From Candidatus Nomurabacteria bacterium RIFCSPLOWO2_01_FULL_39_18 (GTDB lineage: Bacteria > Patescibacteriota > Minisyncoccia > Phycocordibacterales > UBA9973): DNA of 64,000 nt. Each line of letters begins with the position of its first letter. Position 1 is the stretch's first letter. This document shows, piece by piece, positions 19,280 to 30,054 of this stretch. The stretch spans positions 911 to 64,910 of the forward strand of contig MFUV01000004.1 of NCBI GenBank assembly GCA_001787005.1. The letters are read 5' to 3'. The translations under genes were made by a program, and so were the position numbers. The notes under the pieces are model-generated. The model made no database searches, was not told where the DNA came from, and worked only from the letters and a program-made list of their open reading frames with translations.

Positions 19280-19510
19280 TTATATCTTGTCGAGAATGTT
19301 AAAAAATTCTTCCCAAGAAATTCCAAGTAGCCTGAGGTTGTTTCTGACGATAAACTGGGGTAGTGGGTTATCAATGGGAATTATGATGGGACGAAGTAAA
19401 TCAGAACGCACATACACAAAGTGATCCCCTTTAGATCTTTTAAGAGAACAACCAACATATATTAAAAATTTCTGAAACTGCTTATTCGTTACACTCTGCT
19501 TCTTAGGCAT
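19280..19510 (-). CDS. hicA: HicA family toxin
   Basis: KGDHFVY motif, 76 aa. Confidence 0.75.
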   Translation of the reverse strand: MPKKQSVTNKQFQKFLIYVGCSLKRSKGDHFVYVRSDLLRPIIIPIDNPLPQFIVRNNLRLLGISWEEFFNILDKI

Positions 19511-19793
19511 AGGAAAGGTTCATCTTTTGAACATAGCTTGAGATAACAACCGGTGGTTGCCAATTTGATTTTATTTTTTGCCAACCCAAACCAGCAAGCA
19601 CTGGATCTACTGTGCCCATTTTCGTAAGCTCTTCAAAGAAAATCGCAACAATTTCTGAAAAACGAACCTGCGCTTTTTTATAAGTAGAAGCCGAGGTAGA
19701 AAGGTCAAGTGCTGGACTATATGCTATATAGCTTTTCCCTTCCTTAAATATTGTAATTGGTAGATTTGTTACCTTCATTGTTAACTTTTTCAT
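19503..19793 (-). CDS. hicB: HicB-like antitoxin
   Basis: KEGKSYIAYSPALDLSTSAST; overlaps hicA. Confidence 0.7.
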   Translation of the reverse strand: MKKLTMKVTNLPITIFKEGKSYIAYSPALDLSTSASTYKKAQVRFSEIVAIFFEELTKMGTVDPVLAGLGWQKIKSNWQPPVVISSYVQKMNLSYA

Positions 19794-19952
19794 AATTTGA
19801 TTATATCACAGAATGGCAATAAGGGAAACAAATATTTTGACTATGTCTTACCTAGTGGTTTTTATTAAATATTTAGGCTAACAATAACATATTTTTTACA
19901 AAACAAAAGTTTGCAAAAAGACTGGTTTTCTGCTAATATAACCCACATGCAA

Positions 19953-20019
19953 TCCCGTTAGAAATTCACTATCGGGACGTATTATTTATAAGGTTAATTA
20001 TCATTAATTTCTAATGGGA
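19953..20019. mobile_element. MITE-like element with CCCGTTAGAA terminal inverted repeats at the rpsB start
   Basis: TCCCGTTAGAAAT...ATTTCTAATGGGA; ATGCAA present on both sides. Confidence 0.7.
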
Positions 20020-20762
20020 TGCAAAAAGCAGATATTAAGAAAAAGGACGACACTATAATAGAAAAGATGTTTCGGGCTGGAGCGCACTATGGCTATTCCA
20101 AGAGCCGAAGGCACCCTTCTGTTTCGCCATATATATACGCTACAAAGAACAATGGAGACATAATCGACCTTGAAAAGACAAACATCATGCTAGAAAAAGC
20201 AGTTGATTTTGTGAAGTCTCTGGGTGTCCAAAATAAAGTCATTCTTTTGGTTGGCACAAAGCCCGAAGCCAAAGAGGTTATCAAAAATATGGCGGAATCT
20301 TTGAGTATGCCTTACGTTACTACGCGCTGGATTGGAGGTACCTTAAGTAATTTTACAGAAATAAAAAAGAGAATTACCGAACTCGAAAATTATCGCAAGA
20401 ATACCGCGGAAGGCAAACTCGATAAATACACAAAGAAAGAGCGTGTAGTTATGGCAAAGAAGATGGAGAAACTTTCAAAATATTACTCCGGTCTTATTGG
20501 CTTCAAGAAGGCCCCTGATGCATTATTTATCATTGATGGAAAGGCGGAACATATCGCTACTACCGAAGCAAGAAAAGGAAATATACCTATAATTGCCCTC
20601 TCGAATTCTGACTCAAACATTAAAGGCATAGATTACCCTGTAGTTGCCAACGATTCTGGGATACTTTCTATCAAATTTTTCGCCACGTCTCTCGCAGATG
20701 CCTATAAAGCAGGCCTGTCTGCGCAGGCGGGTCAAAACTCTGCGCCTACAAAAGAAGTCTAA
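20019..20762 (+). CDS. rpsB: 30S ribosomal protein S2
   Basis: AGAHYG, VGTK, RWIGGTLSNF; followed by tsf. Confidence 0.96.
   Translation: MQKADIKKKDDTIIEKMFRAGAHYGYSKSRRHPSVSPYIYATKNNGDIIDLEKTNIMLEKAVDFVKSLGVQNKVILLVGTKPEAKEVIKNMAESLSMPYVTTRWIGGTLSNFTEIKKRITELENYRKNTAEGKLDKYTKKERVVMAKKMEKLSKYYSGLIGFKKAPDALFIIDGKAEHIATTEARKGNIPIIALSNSDSNIKGIDYPVVANDSGILSIKFFATSLADAYKAGLSAQAGQNSAPTKEV
20714..20731. repeat. 18-bp palindrome CCTGYCTGCGCAGRCRGG in frame in rpsB (LSAQAG)
   Basis: CCTGTCTGCGCAGGCGGG; further copies in dnaG, thrS and gyrB. Confidence 0.75.
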
Positions 20763-20766
20763 AAAT

Positions 20767-21546
20767 ATGTCCTCTCCGATAACAACTGAGTTGGTAAAGG
20801 AACTTAGAGATGCTACTGGCGTATCTGTAATGCAATGTAAGCGGGCGCTTATGGAAGCCGAGGGTGACATGAAGAAAGCATTGGCTATCTTGAAAAAGAC
20901 AAGTTCAGATATAGCAGAGAAAAAAGTTGGCCGCGAAGTCAAGGATGGAGCAGTTATGGTGAAGACAGCGAGTAAAAAAGCTGTTCTGGTGTCCCTCCAC
21001 TGTGAGACAGACTTTGTATCTAGGAATGAAGATTTTACTAATCTACTTTCTGGTTTGGCAGACCTAGCCCTCAAAGACGGAATAGAAAAAATGAAGGTGG
21101 AAGCAAGGGATATGATAAATCCTGTGATTCAAAAAACCGGAGAGAATATCCAGCTGGGTGATGTTTATGAAGTAGAGGGTGACACTATTGGAAGCTATGT
21201 ACACAACAAAAAAACAGCCGTTATCGTCAGCCTAGAGGGTGGCAATGAAGAACTTGCAAAGGATATAGCGATGCACATCACCGCCATGAAGCCAGAGTAC
21301 ATAACACCCGGAGACGTAAATGAAGACGCGCGAAAAACGATGACAGAAATTTTCCAAAAAGAAGTTGATAAAATAGACAAGCCCTCCGAGATAAAGAAAA
21401 AGATGTTGGATGGAAAAATCAGCACTTATTTCAAAGAAAAAACACTTTTGGAGCAGCCATTTATCAAGGATGGAGATATGACGGTGGGTCAATTACTTCT
21501 AAAAAACAAAGCGCAGATAAAAGGAGTGAGGCGTTATTCGATATAG
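20767..21546 (+). CDS. tsf: Elongation factor Ts
   Basis: VKELRDATGVSVMQCKRAL, CETDFV, DIAMHI; start at ATG 20767. Confidence 0.96.
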   Translation: MSSPITTELVKELRDATGVSVMQCKRALMEAEGDMKKALAILKKTSSDIAEKKVGREVKDGAVMVKTASKKAVLVSLHCETDFVSRNEDFTNLLSGLADLALKDGIEKMKVEARDMINPVIQKTGENIQLGDVYEVEGDTIGSYVHNKKTAVIVSLEGGNEELAKDIAMHITAMKPEYITPGDVNEDARKTMTEIFQKEVDKIDKPSEIKKKMLDGKISTYFKEKTLLEQPFIKDGDMTVGQLLLKNKAQIKGVRRYSI

Positions 21547-21568
21547 ATTTAAAATAAATTATTATGTA

Positions 21569-21654
21569 TCCCGTTAGAAATCATATATGTCGAAACTTCT
21601 AATTAAAAATTATATAACTACGGAAATGCAAAGCATTTCCTATTTCTAACGGGA
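21569..21654. mobile_element. MITE-like element with CCCGTTAGAA terminal inverted repeats, copy 2
   Basis: TCCCGTTAGAAAT...ATTTCTAACGGGA; ATGTA present on both sides. Confidence 0.7.
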
Positions 21655-22061
21655 TGTACATCTTTTTAATCTTATTTTTTGTATCACTCATTGGTATTGC
21701 TGTAATGGTTGGACGCAAACTGACACTTGTCAGAAGCGGACAAATTGTAGAAGTTTATCATTCGCACCCATTTATATTAGACTTTGATAAAGTCAAATAT
21801 CGATCCTTTAAGCATGGCAAAAGGATTTTATATCTCATTCTTTTTATAACAATTCGATTCTATGTTAGATCTTCTAATTTTTTAAGGAATAAATATAATG
21901 AGATGAAGATTAAGCTAAAGACTCTGAATAAAAAGGGTGGGGCAAATGGAAATCTTGGAGAAAAAGTTGAGGTTTCTAAGTTTTTGAGGATAGTTTCAGA
22001 ATACAAACATAAAATAAAAGAAATTAAGCATAAAGTGCACGAGGAGGAAAAGAACTCGTAG
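21654..22061 (+). CDS. Hypothetical membrane-anchored protein
   Basis: N-terminal hydrophobic helix, 135-aa ORF. Confidence 0.7.
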   Translation: MYIFLILFFVSLIGIAVMVGRKLTLVRSGQIVEVYHSHPFILDFDKVKYRSFKHGKRILYLILFITIRFYVRSSNFLRNKYNEMKIKLKTLNKKGGANGNLGEKVEVSKFLRIVSEYKHKIKEIKHKVHEEEKNS

Positions 22062-22104
22062 ATATGCTAGTGTAGTAAGTGGATGATTTTTGGGGGAAAA
22101 TACT

Positions 22105-22180
22105 GCCGGAATAGCTCAGTTGGTAGAGCGCCAATTTTGTAAATTGGATGTCGTGGGTTCGAATCCCTCTTCCGGCTCCA
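22105..22180 (+). tRNA. tRNA-Thr(TGT)
   Basis: Cloverleaf, anticodon loop TTTGTAA, CCA encoded. Confidence 0.96.
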
Positions 22181-22184
22181 GCAG

Positions 22185-22874
22185 TTAAGAACCTGTCTTT
22201 GTATCGCCCTCCGGTTTTGCTTCTTGAAGCTTGAAAGACTTCAGTAATCCTTCTTCAAGATCCTCAATACTATGGAAACCGGTTAATAATTCATCGTCGA
22301 GGACGAGCGCTGGAAGCTCAGTGTCCTTTATTTTGTAAATCTGAAGCATCGCTTTCACCGCAGAGAGGTCTATGCTGTAATCAAAGGAATAAACGCGCAA
22401 TTCCGGATATTTTTCACGCAGGCTGGAGAGCACGAAACTCTCGCGCTCGCACAGACTGCAATTCTCCGCAGTGGTATAAAAATAAAGGATAAAAGCAGAC
22501 TTCACCTTGCAACTTTGAGAAATCTTCTTCATTAAGAGATAATCCTTAATCTGCAGGAGTGAGTAATATTTCTTTAAGTAAGAAACTTCTTCCGTGTCGC
22601 CCAGATTCTTCTGCCCCCATTCTAATTTGCGTCCTAGTTCGTCGAGCTCGGACGAGAGCAAGGATCCAGAAACATTCTTGCAAGAAAGCTCTTGTAGAAG
22701 CGAAAATTGTGTCTCCGAAGACAAAATATTAATCGCTATGTTGTCTTGAATTAATTTTATTTGGTTTATTTTTTGATCGCTAAAATAATTACTCAAATAG
22801 CCAGCAGTTAAAAATAGGCTAATGGTAATTAGAAACACGATTAAATATTTCTTCCAATCTATCTTGTCATTCAT
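22185..22874 (-). CDS. Membrane-anchored protein with thioredoxin-like CxxC domain
   Basis: N-terminal TM; LYFYTTAENCSLC. Confidence 0.65.
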   Translation of the reverse strand: MNDKIDWKKYLIVFLITISLFLTAGYLSNYFSDQKINQIKLIQDNIAINILSSETQFSLLQELSCKNVSGSLLSSELDELGRKLEWGQKNLGDTEEVSYLKKYYSLLQIKDYLLMKKISQSCKVKSAFILYFYTTAENCSLCERESFVLSSLREKYPELRVYSFDYSIDLSAVKAMLQIYKIKDTELPALVLDDELLTGFHSIEDLEEGLLKSFKLQEAKPEGDTKTGS

Positions 22875-22921
22875 GAATTTTTCTTTATAACTTTATGAAC
22901 TTTATGACTTGAAACTTCGCA

Positions 22922-24175
22922 TTACCTCCAAGAAGGTTTCCTTTTCAGGATTGTATTATAAATCGCCTTCAGAAACCAAAATGGGGCAAGAATGCGAAAA
23001 ATAATTAAAAAATAAAATATATTTGGAGAAAAACTCCATTTTCCTTCTGCCATCTTTCTTCCGAAGATAATTGCGAAAATAACAAAAGAATAGATAAAAA
23101 CAACTAAAAATAAAGCAGAGTGCGTATCCAGAAAGAAAAAATCAGGATTAATAGATTCCGCAGTAAAATGCCATCCCACTGTTCTTACTTGTATAATTTT
23201 TGAATACAAAAAATCACCTAAATCATAGACAATTTGACCGAAAAGATAGCTAACAGCAAGAATAGAAACAATGCCCGTCGGCAGGGTGAAGAGAGCAAAA
23301 TTGCCATATTTTTTCCTAAATAAAACATCTCGGTAGTCTATGGTGTTATTGATGAAACCATAGATCCAGCGAAGCCTCTGCCTATAAAGTTTCTTGATAG
23401 TCCCAGGCGTACTGGTAAAGACAAAAGCGTCATTGCAATGTTCTATCTTATAGTTGTTTTTCTGCATTCGATAGGCAATCTCCATATCTTCCGTATTGTG
23501 CCCATGCCTATAAGGACCCAGGTCATTAAAAACTTTTTTGCGGAAAATAGTGAGAGGTCCGGGTGTCACATTAATAGCGCCTAGAAAACTGAGCATTTTC
23601 TTCATATAAACGCCCATGTGATATTCGGCTTTCTGCGCATTTTGAATAAGATTTTTAGGATTATATACCACAACAGAAGGAGCAACGGCCATGGCACTCG
23701 GATCTTTTTCAAAATAACTCATAATACGAACAAGGGATTCCGGATCAACAAATGAATCAGCGTCAAGCCCGCCAAAAAAATCAGTCTCCGTGTGCAGAAG
23801 TCCAAGATTAAGCGCCGTGTATTTGCCGCCATTTTCTTTTTTAAATAATTTAATATTCGGATAATGTGAAAATTTATTTATTGCATTCCATGTTCCATCG
23901 GTGGATCCATCATCAATTAAAAATATTTTCAGCTTATCTTTTGGATAATTTAGATTGAGTAAAGAACAAACTGTCTTATAAACTGTCGCCTCCTCGTTCC
24001 AGCAGGGCACCACAATCGTTACAGCCGGATACTTAGTAATTTTTATTTTATTATTTCGAACAATTATTTTCCTTCTATTTTCAAAAAAAGTAACGAGGAA
24101 AAACACCTGCACATATACAGAAAAAAAGATTAAAACATAAAAAATTATGTTGGGATTTAAGACCATATTACTCAA
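22922..24175 (-). CDS. Processive GT2 glycosyltransferase (PgaC/cellulose synthase-like)
   Basis: DDGSTD, DADS, TED, QRLRW, flanking TM helices. Confidence 0.9.
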   Translation of the reverse strand: MSNMVLNPNIIFYVLIFFSVYVQVFFLVTFFENRRKIIVRNNKIKITKYPAVTIVVPCWNEEATVYKTVCSLLNLNYPKDKLKIFLIDDGSTDGTWNAINKFSHYPNIKLFKKENGGKYTALNLGLLHTETDFFGGLDADSFVDPESLVRIMSYFEKDPSAMAVAPSVVVYNPKNLIQNAQKAEYHMGVYMKKMLSFLGAINVTPGPLTIFRKKVFNDLGPYRHGHNTEDMEIAYRMQKNNYKIEHCNDAFVFTSTPGTIKKLYRQRLRWIYGFINNTIDYRDVLFRKKYGNFALFTLPTGIVSILAVSYLFGQIVYDLGDFLYSKIIQVRTVGWHFTAESINPDFFFLDTHSALFLVVFIYSFVIFAIIFGRKMAEGKWSFSPNIFYFLIIFRILAPFWFLKAIYNTILKRKPSWR

Positions 24176-24241
24176 TTATAACTCAAGTATAACTTAAGAG
24201 TAATATAGCATTTATGGACTGAAACGTAAACAGCCCCCTAT

Positions 24242-24529
24242 TTACATATTTTGTTCAGAACCTTCTACTTTACAGGAAGCGCAGGAGGCGCAAGCAGCCA
24301 TGCATTTTTTGCATTTGCAGCCAATAAGCTTCATGATAGCCGCAACTCCCACTAATAGATAAACGATACCCTCAAGCATCGGCATAGAACCCAATATCAT
24401 ATTAACAACATTCAAATCCTTGTCGATCAACATTCCTACTCCAATCAAACCCCAATTCAATCCCCCAATGACGAGCAAGATCTTCATGATCTTTGAAGTC
24501 ATACATCCGCCCCATTTACAATTGCACAT
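24242..24529 (-). CDS. DUF378 family membrane protein
   Basis: LVIGGLNWGL...IVYLLVG; Cys-rich ends. Confidence 0.8.
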   Translation of the reverse strand: MCNCKWGGCMTSKIMKILLVIGGLNWGLIGVGMLIDKDLNVVNMILGSMPMLEGIVYLLVGVAAIMKLIGCKCKKCMAACASCASCKVEGSEQNM

Positions 24530-24623
24530 ATATATTTTTTAACTATTAATTATTAATACAGCTATTATACCATAAATCAAATATATGCTATACTGGACAA
24601 ATTAATATTTAATATAAGAAACA

Positions 24624-25370
24624 ATGGAAGAAAATAACACAATGAACGAGGAAGTAGTTATTATAAACAACCCGTCAAATAGCAACCCCAAAAACAGTCA
24701 AACGCAGATTGTCGGAGCTATTATTGTAGCCGGGATCTTGATAGCCGGAGCAATCTTATTGAAAGGAACCAGCGCACCAACAACAACCGGACCAGTTGCA
24801 AACAGTGGAGGAAGTACTTCTTTCCAGGGTAGACCTGTTTCGTCAGACGATCATATACTTGGGAATATTAATGCTAAAGTGATTATCGTCGAATACTCGG
24901 ACCTTGAATGCCCATTTTGTAAAGTATTTCACAGTACAATGCATAGAGTAGTAGATGACAGCGCGGGCAAGGTGGCTTGGGTATACAGACATTATCCTAT
25001 TCCTCAACTTCACCAGAAGGCTTTCCATGAATCTGAAGCAACAGAGTGCGCATGGGAACAAGGAGGAAATAATGCTTTTTGGAAATATACCGATAGAATT
25101 TTTGAAATTACTACCTCCAACGACGGACTTGATGCATTAGAGCTCCCTAAAATAGCCCAATATGTCGGGCTTGATGTAACATCCTTTAATAATTGTCTTG
25201 AAAGCGGTAAATATAAAGAAAAAGTGCAAGCAGACATTGACGATGGTACTAAAGCCGGCGTTCGAGGAACTCCGTCCTCTTTTATTTTGGTAAAAGGCAA
25301 ACTGGTAGATACCATCCCCGGCGCCATGCCCTACGAACAGGTGATGCAAAAACTGAGCGGGATAAAATAA
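24624..25370 (+). CDS. DsbA family thiol-disulfide oxidoreductase
   Basis: EYSDLECPFC, YRHYP, GVRGTP. Confidence 0.92.
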   Translation: MEENNTMNEEVVIINNPSNSNPKNSQTQIVGAIIVAGILIAGAILLKGTSAPTTTGPVANSGGSTSFQGRPVSSDDHILGNINAKVIIVEYSDLECPFCKVFHSTMHRVVDDSAGKVAWVYRHYPIPQLHQKAFHESEATECAWEQGGNNAFWKYTDRIFEITTSNDGLDALELPKIAQYVGLDVTSFNNCLESGKYKEKVQADIDDGTKAGVRGTPSSFILVKGKLVDTIPGAMPYEQVMQKLSGIK

Positions 25371-25395
25371 AAAAAACTTTGAGCAAGACCGAAGA

Positions 25396-25614
25396 TTATA
25401 AATCTTCAACCCTTAAACCAGTATGTTTTGCAATGCGTGATAACATTTTTGAACCGAGTTCGTCGTTGTTACTGAAAGCCCAGACATAGTTAGTATAACC
25501 CACTCTTTCGAGCACAATATGCGAAGAACTTTTATGCCTTTTTATTTCCCAGCCAATTTTAATTAGAGCCCTAAAAACTTTGCCGGCTTTACTACTTGGC
25601 CATCTTTCGCTCAT
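25396..25614 (-). CDS. hicA: HicA family toxin
   Basis: LIKIGWEIKRHKSSSHIVL. Confidence 0.8.
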   Translation of the reverse strand: MSERWPSSKAGKVFRALIKIGWEIKRHKSSSHIVLERVGYTNYVWAFSNNDELGSKMLSRIAKHTGLRVEDL

Positions 25615-25835
25615 GACAGTAAAAAGGCAATGCTAGAAAACCCAAGAACAGTGGCGCCTTTGTTTTCTTCCATTTCTTCTGCGAGAACTCGAAGCGCAAG
25701 TACTTCAGCATTTGCTTGAGCCTGCTCAAGAGTGGCACCATACGCAAGAACACCCGGAATTTCAAGAACTTCAGCAATCCACTTGCCATCTGTTTCTTGC
25801 TCTGTTTCTATTGTATATTTTCGTTCCTTTAACAT
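25611..25835 (-). CDS. hicB: HicB family antitoxin
   Basis: DGKWIAEVLEIPGVLAYGATLEQA. Confidence 0.85.
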   Translation of the reverse strand: MLKERKYTIETEQETDGKWIAEVLEIPGVLAYGATLEQAQANAEVLALRVLAEEMEENKGATVLGFSSIAFLLS

Positions 25836-25863
25836 AACTACATATTAACATAGCAACACAGTT

Positions 25864-27078
25864 TTAGTCAAAATAGTTTTTTAACCTCGAGATTTTGTCA
25901 TGCTGGCGGAGTTTTTCGTGCACTTTCGCTTCAATTTGACGAATGCGTTCACGAGTAACTCCGAATTCTTCCCCTACCCGCTCGAGTGTATGCTGGATGC
26001 CGTCGAGCAATCCATAGCGCATTTCTAGAATTTTCCGCTCTTTTGGGTTAAGCTCATTTAAAACTTCGCGGATTTGGTCAGAGAGAATTCGGCGAGAAGA
26101 TTCCTGGTCGGGGCGTAAGATTTTATCATCTGGGATAAAGTTCTCCAGTGTTGATTTGTCGTCCTCATCCCCTACTGGTTGTTCGAGCGACACTGTTTCC
26201 TGTGAAATATTTTCAATGACATGAATTTTTTCTACTGGGATGCCCATTTCAGTAGCAATCTCTTCAGCTAGCGGTTCTCGCCCCAAGTCCTGGGAGAGTC
26301 GGCGGTGCGTCTGCTTGTATTTAGAAATTGTCTCCACCATGTGTACTGGTATACGAATGGTGCGAGACTGGTCAGCCAGAGCGCGAGTAATCGACTGGCG
26401 AATCCACCAAGTTGCGTAAGTAGAAAATTTATATCCCTTGGTCCAGTCGAATTTCTCAACTGCCTTGAACAATCCTAAATTTCCCTCCTGGATCAAATCG
26501 AGAAGGGTTAAGTTGGCGGACCTCCCTACATATTTTTTGGCGATTGAAACCACTAGGCGCAGGTTGGCGCGAGCGAGTAAATTCTTCGCTTCCAGATCTC
26601 CATGTTCAATACGCTTAGCAAGTTCTTTTTCCTCATTCCCATGAATCAGCGGATACTGCCCTATCTCCTTGAGATACATTTGAATGGAGTCATGCATCGA
26701 CCCTTTATTCAGATCTTTGTCACTGGGGTCAATATCGAGATTAAGCAAATTCCCTCCTTCCAATACATCAATCCCGGCAACTCCTAGCTTCTCATAAAGT
26801 TCATCTAAAAATAAAATGTTGTTTTCAATATCGGGGAAAGTTTTCAGTATCTCGTCATAAGTGATAAATCCTCTTTTACGTCCTTTTTCTATAAGCCCAA
26901 TCGAGAGATCCGCCATCCCTTGCGCTCGCTTCCCCACCTTAGACAACTTTTTTGCTCTACCTTTAGGAAGAATTTTCTTTTTAGTGATTTTTGTTTTTTT
27001 TCGCCCTTTTATTTTTTTAACTTTTTTTACTTTAAGTTTCTTTCCTTTTTTATTTATTTTTTTATTTTTTGTTTTCAT
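25864..27078 (-). CDS. rpoD: RNA polymerase primary sigma factor
   Basis: [40 protein letters not shown]. Confidence 0.97.
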   Translation of the reverse strand: MKTKNKKINKKGKKLKVKKVKKIKGRKKTKITKKKILPKGRAKKLSKVGKRAQGMADLSIGLIEKGRKRGFITYDEILKTFPDIENNILFLDELYEKLGVAGIDVLEGGNLLNLDIDPSDKDLNKGSMHDSIQMYLKEIGQYPLIHGNEEKELAKRIEHGDLEAKNLLARANLRLVVSIAKKYVGRSANLTLLDLIQEGNLGLFKAVEKFDWTKGYKFSTYATWWIRQSITRALADQSRTIRIPVHMVETISKYKQTHRRLSQDLGREPLAEEIATEMGIPVEKIHVIENISQETVSLEQPVGDEDDKSTLENFIPDDKILRPDQESSRRILSDQIREVLNELNPKERKILEMRYGLLDGIQHTLERVGEEFGVTRERIRQIEAKVHEKLRQHDKISRLKNYFD

Positions 27079-28834
27079 GTATTTTTTTATTTATTTCTTG
27101 ACACTCTTTTAAGATTTGAGACGACCTTTCTTTATCTCCTGCCTGTTCGGCTAAATTTAATTCCCGCATCTTTCCCGCTAATTCTTCTTTGAGAGATTCT
27201 TCTTTTAAATTGCGTAACAATTCTTCTACATCTTTTTTCACATTAATATCTCCTGTCTGCGCAGGCAGGCCTTCATAAAAAACTTCAGCTTCAAAAATTA
27301 AATCATCTTTGTTTTCTTTCACCTTTTCTAAAACTTCATTCCCCGCAACGTTTAAAATCTGCCCAATCTCTTTTAAAATACCGTCGGTATCAAGGATTTG
27401 TTCTTTAAGCGTCCTCTGCCAAAGGATAATGCCCAGTAGCTTGCGCAGAATGTAGTCTTTTCTAAATTTTACCACTTCATTTTTTAAGACTTGTTCCCCA
27501 CCCGACTCGATGACTTCCTCCGTTTGGATGGGAATTTTTCTCAAGTCATCTTCTAGGGCACTCCCTGGGATAGATGATAAATCGCTTATTTTCTTTAAAA
27601 AATGGCTCTTTTCTATCGAGCTTTCTAACGCATCCACAAAAGGCAGTATTACGCTCTTTATTTCTCGTCCAACTTTGCGCATGTCTCCCTTTGAATCTCT
27701 AAGTACTCTCGCTAAGACAAACTCTATTATGTGCTTTGAATTTTTAATTACTTCACGCCACGCGTCTGGACCCCCGCTGATTTTATCCGAGATCAAATCT
27801 GCTGGATCAACACCCTCGGGCATTTCTGCCACTTTCACATCCATGCCTAGTGATAGTGCAATTCTACCAGCTCTGTTCGCAGCATTGAAGCCTGCGCGAT
27901 CTGCATCAAACGCCAGCACAATATTGGAAGAAAGACGGCGAACAAGCCCTAAATTAGTCACAATTTTTTCTTTTGAAATTGTAGAGTCTGCTAGGGCTGT
28001 GCCGGAAGTCGCGATGGTGTTCTTATATCCCGCCTGATGCGACAAAACTAAGTCCATCTGGCCTTCAACTAAAATAGAGAAATTATTCTTGCGAATTGAG
28101 TCTTTCGCCCTATCTAGTCCGTAGAGTACGGCGGATTTGTTGAATATGGGTGTTTCGGGGGAGTTTAAATACTTTGCTCCCTTCCCATCATCTATGAATA
28201 ATCTTCCAGAAAAAGCTATGATGCGCCCGCTTGAATCAGCGATAGGAAACATGATACGCCCGCGAAATCTATCATACATTGCTCTGCTCCTGTCTTCTGG
28301 TTTTTTAGCCAACCCTGCTTTTTCTATTTCCACATCAGAGAAACCCTTTGCTTTTAGATGGTCATAAAGCCTGCGCCAGTCGAGAATGGCGTATCCAATT
28401 CTAAAATCTTTGATGCTTCTCTCTTCCAACCCTCGAGTCCTTAAATATGCCAATACTTCGGCGTTTTCCTTTAAATTATTTTCGAAATATGTAGTTGCTT
28501 CCTCCATTATTCTATATAACTTTTCTTTTTCATCTTCTACCTTCGGATTATATTGCTCGAGCTTAACGCCTGCCTTCTCCGCCAGAAGTTTCAGTGCTCC
28601 TCTGAAATCAAGCCCTTCAAATTCTTCCACAAAAGTAAAGATGTCACCACCGGCCCCGCAACCAAAGCAGTAATAACTCCCTCGGCCAGGCGAAATGAAA
28701 AAGCTGGGTGTTTTTTCATTATGAAACGGGCATTTCGCCTTCAGGTTTGCCCCCGCTTTTTCTAATTTTATGTAAGAAGAGACTACTTCTTCGATTGAAA
28801 GTCTTTCTTTAATTTGTTGAACGGGAGAGTTCAT
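27062..28834 (-). CDS. dnaG: DNA primase
   Basis: [11 protein letters not shown] zinc finger, KYLNSPET, Toprim EG...DADRAG. Confidence 0.97.
   Translation of the reverse strand: MNSPVQQIKERLSIEEVVSSYIKLEKAGANLKAKCPFHNEKTPSFFISPGRGSYYCFGCGAGGDIFTFVEEFEGLDFRGALKLLAEKAGVKLEQYNPKVEDEKEKLYRIMEEATTYFENNLKENAEVLAYLRTRGLEERSIKDFRIGYAILDWRRLYDHLKAKGFSDVEIEKAGLAKKPEDRSRAMYDRFRGRIMFPIADSSGRIIAFSGRLFIDDGKGAKYLNSPETPIFNKSAVLYGLDRAKDSIRKNNFSILVEGQMDLVLSHQAGYKNTIATSGTALADSTISKEKIVTNLGLVRRLSSNIVLAFDADRAGFNAANRAGRIALSLGMDVKVAEMPEGVDPADLISDKISGGPDAWREVIKNSKHIIEFVLARVLRDSKGDMRKVGREIKSVILPFVDALESSIEKSHFLKKISDLSSIPGSALEDDLRKIPIQTEEVIESGGEQVLKNEVVKFRKDYILRKLLGIILWQRTLKEQILDTDGILKEIGQILNVAGNEVLEKVKENKDDLIFEAEVFYEGLPAQTGDINVKKDVEELLRNLKEESLKEELAGKMRELNLAEQAGDKERSSQILKECQEINKKIHENKK
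27252..27269. repeat. 18-bp palindrome in frame in dnaG (LPAQTG)
   Basis: CCTGTCTGCGCAGGCAGG. Confidence 0.8.
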
Positions 28835-28836
28835 AA

Positions 28837-29901
28837 TTATTTTGTAAATTTGAAGGTGGAAATAATATCTTTTTCTAATTTTGATACCTCTAGATCTTCG
28901 CCAGTAATAATATCTATGACGTAAAAATGACCATTCTTTAAAGCAACAATCTGAAGGCCAGCAACTTCAGGAAAATTAAAACCTCCAATATATGCTTCTT
29001 CGCCACCAAGTATGGTTTTTTCTGGAGCCATTAAATTTTTTGTTAAATCTTTAAGGTTGTTTGCATTAGCACCGTCTATAGAAATAGTGTGCACATCTTT
29101 TATTGAAAGAAAATAAGAAACAGTCAAATCAACCTTTGATGACGAATCTAGGGTTTCATAATTTGTACCAATGGGATTAGTAATCATAAAACCATTCTTA
29201 GTGACTAAAGTTAGAAGTTGTGTGGGATATTTTATTTCAAACCCATATTGAGCATTTGTATACATTTCCCAATTTGAAGTATCCGTTTGTGTTGTCGGTT
29301 CAATAAATTTAAACGTGGAAAGAATTTGATTAACTTCGTTTTTGTATTTCTCGTTCGACAATATTACAAAAGGCTCTTTCGGATAATTAACACAAATATA
29401 ATTATCTGCTATCCTTGGACTACTTTCTATTACAGTTACAACCTCCAGAGACTTGTGCCCTAAAAAATACGAATGAGTGATGGATTCTGGTCCTCCACTT
29501 TCGCCGAAAGTCCATTCTCCACAAGGTCTTTCGGGCCAATTGTAGTCATCAGAAACTATTCCTTTGGGGAAAAAGGTTATTTTAAATATTTCCATATTCG
29601 AAAAAGGGACACTGGAATCAGGTCTAATAAATCTTATTGATCCATCATCAGAAGGTTGGGTTCCACTTTCTCCGACATAAGGTGGGTTCTCTTGAAAATA
29701 TAAATCTTCGGGATACTTAAATTCGAACCCATATAGCTCGTTCGTATAGGTTTTCCAATCCTCGGGGATCGGAGTTGAAACATCTGAAGTTTGTTGATTG
29801 TTGGGCTTCTTAGATACAGCGAAATATCCGCCGATAGCCACTAGAACAACAAGCACTCCAATTAAAACCAGACTTGCAAAACCTTTTTGATTATTTTTCA
29901 T
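28837..29901 (-). CDS. Exported protein with prepilin-like N-terminus and two WxxY...STFKF (PsbP-like) domains
   Basis: MKNNQKGF plus hydrophobic helix; WKTYTNELYGFEFKYP and WEMYTNAQYGFEIKYP repeats. Confidence 0.7.
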   Translation of the reverse strand: MKNNQKGFASLVLIGVLVVLVAIGGYFAVSKKPNNQQTSDVSTPIPEDWKTYTNELYGFEFKYPEDLYFQENPPYVGESGTQPSDDGSIRFIRPDSSVPFSNMEIFKITFFPKGIVSDDYNWPERPCGEWTFGESGGPESITHSYFLGHKSLEVVTVIESSPRIADNYICVNYPKEPFVILSNEKYKNEVNQILSTFKFIEPTTQTDTSNWEMYTNAQYGFEIKYPTQLLTLVTKNGFMITNPIGTNYETLDSSSKVDLTVSYFLSIKDVHTISIDGANANNLKDLTKNLMAPEKTILGGEEAYIGGFNFPEVAGLQIVALKNGHFYVIDIITGEDLEVSKLEKDIISTFKFTK

Positions 29902-30024
29902 TTTGTTTTTAGACTAGTTAATAATAAGCTTATAAATTAACAATGCTTGCGACTGCTGATAATTGACATTTAGCTACCCCCTTGCTACACTTTACCCGTA
30001 AATGCTTTCCTTGTCGAAAGCTCC

Positions 30025-30054
30025 GAGAAACCCCCGCAAGGGGGTTTCGTTTTT
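30025..30054. terminator. Intrinsic terminator hairpin downstream of the rpoC/toxin unit
   Basis: GAAACCCCC-GCAA-GGGGGTTTC. Confidence 0.7.

Noticed and set aside
20644-20766. N-terminal extension of EF-Ts (similar extensions on trmD, the RAYT and the GIY-YIG gene)
   Set aside because: These are ORF-caller extensions to upstream alternative starts that overlap neighbouring genes or repeats; family similarity begins at the downstream ATG
26920-27078. Lys-rich N-terminus of RpoD as a separate element
   Set aside because: Low-complexity basic extension in frame with sigma region 1.1; no repeat or mobile signature
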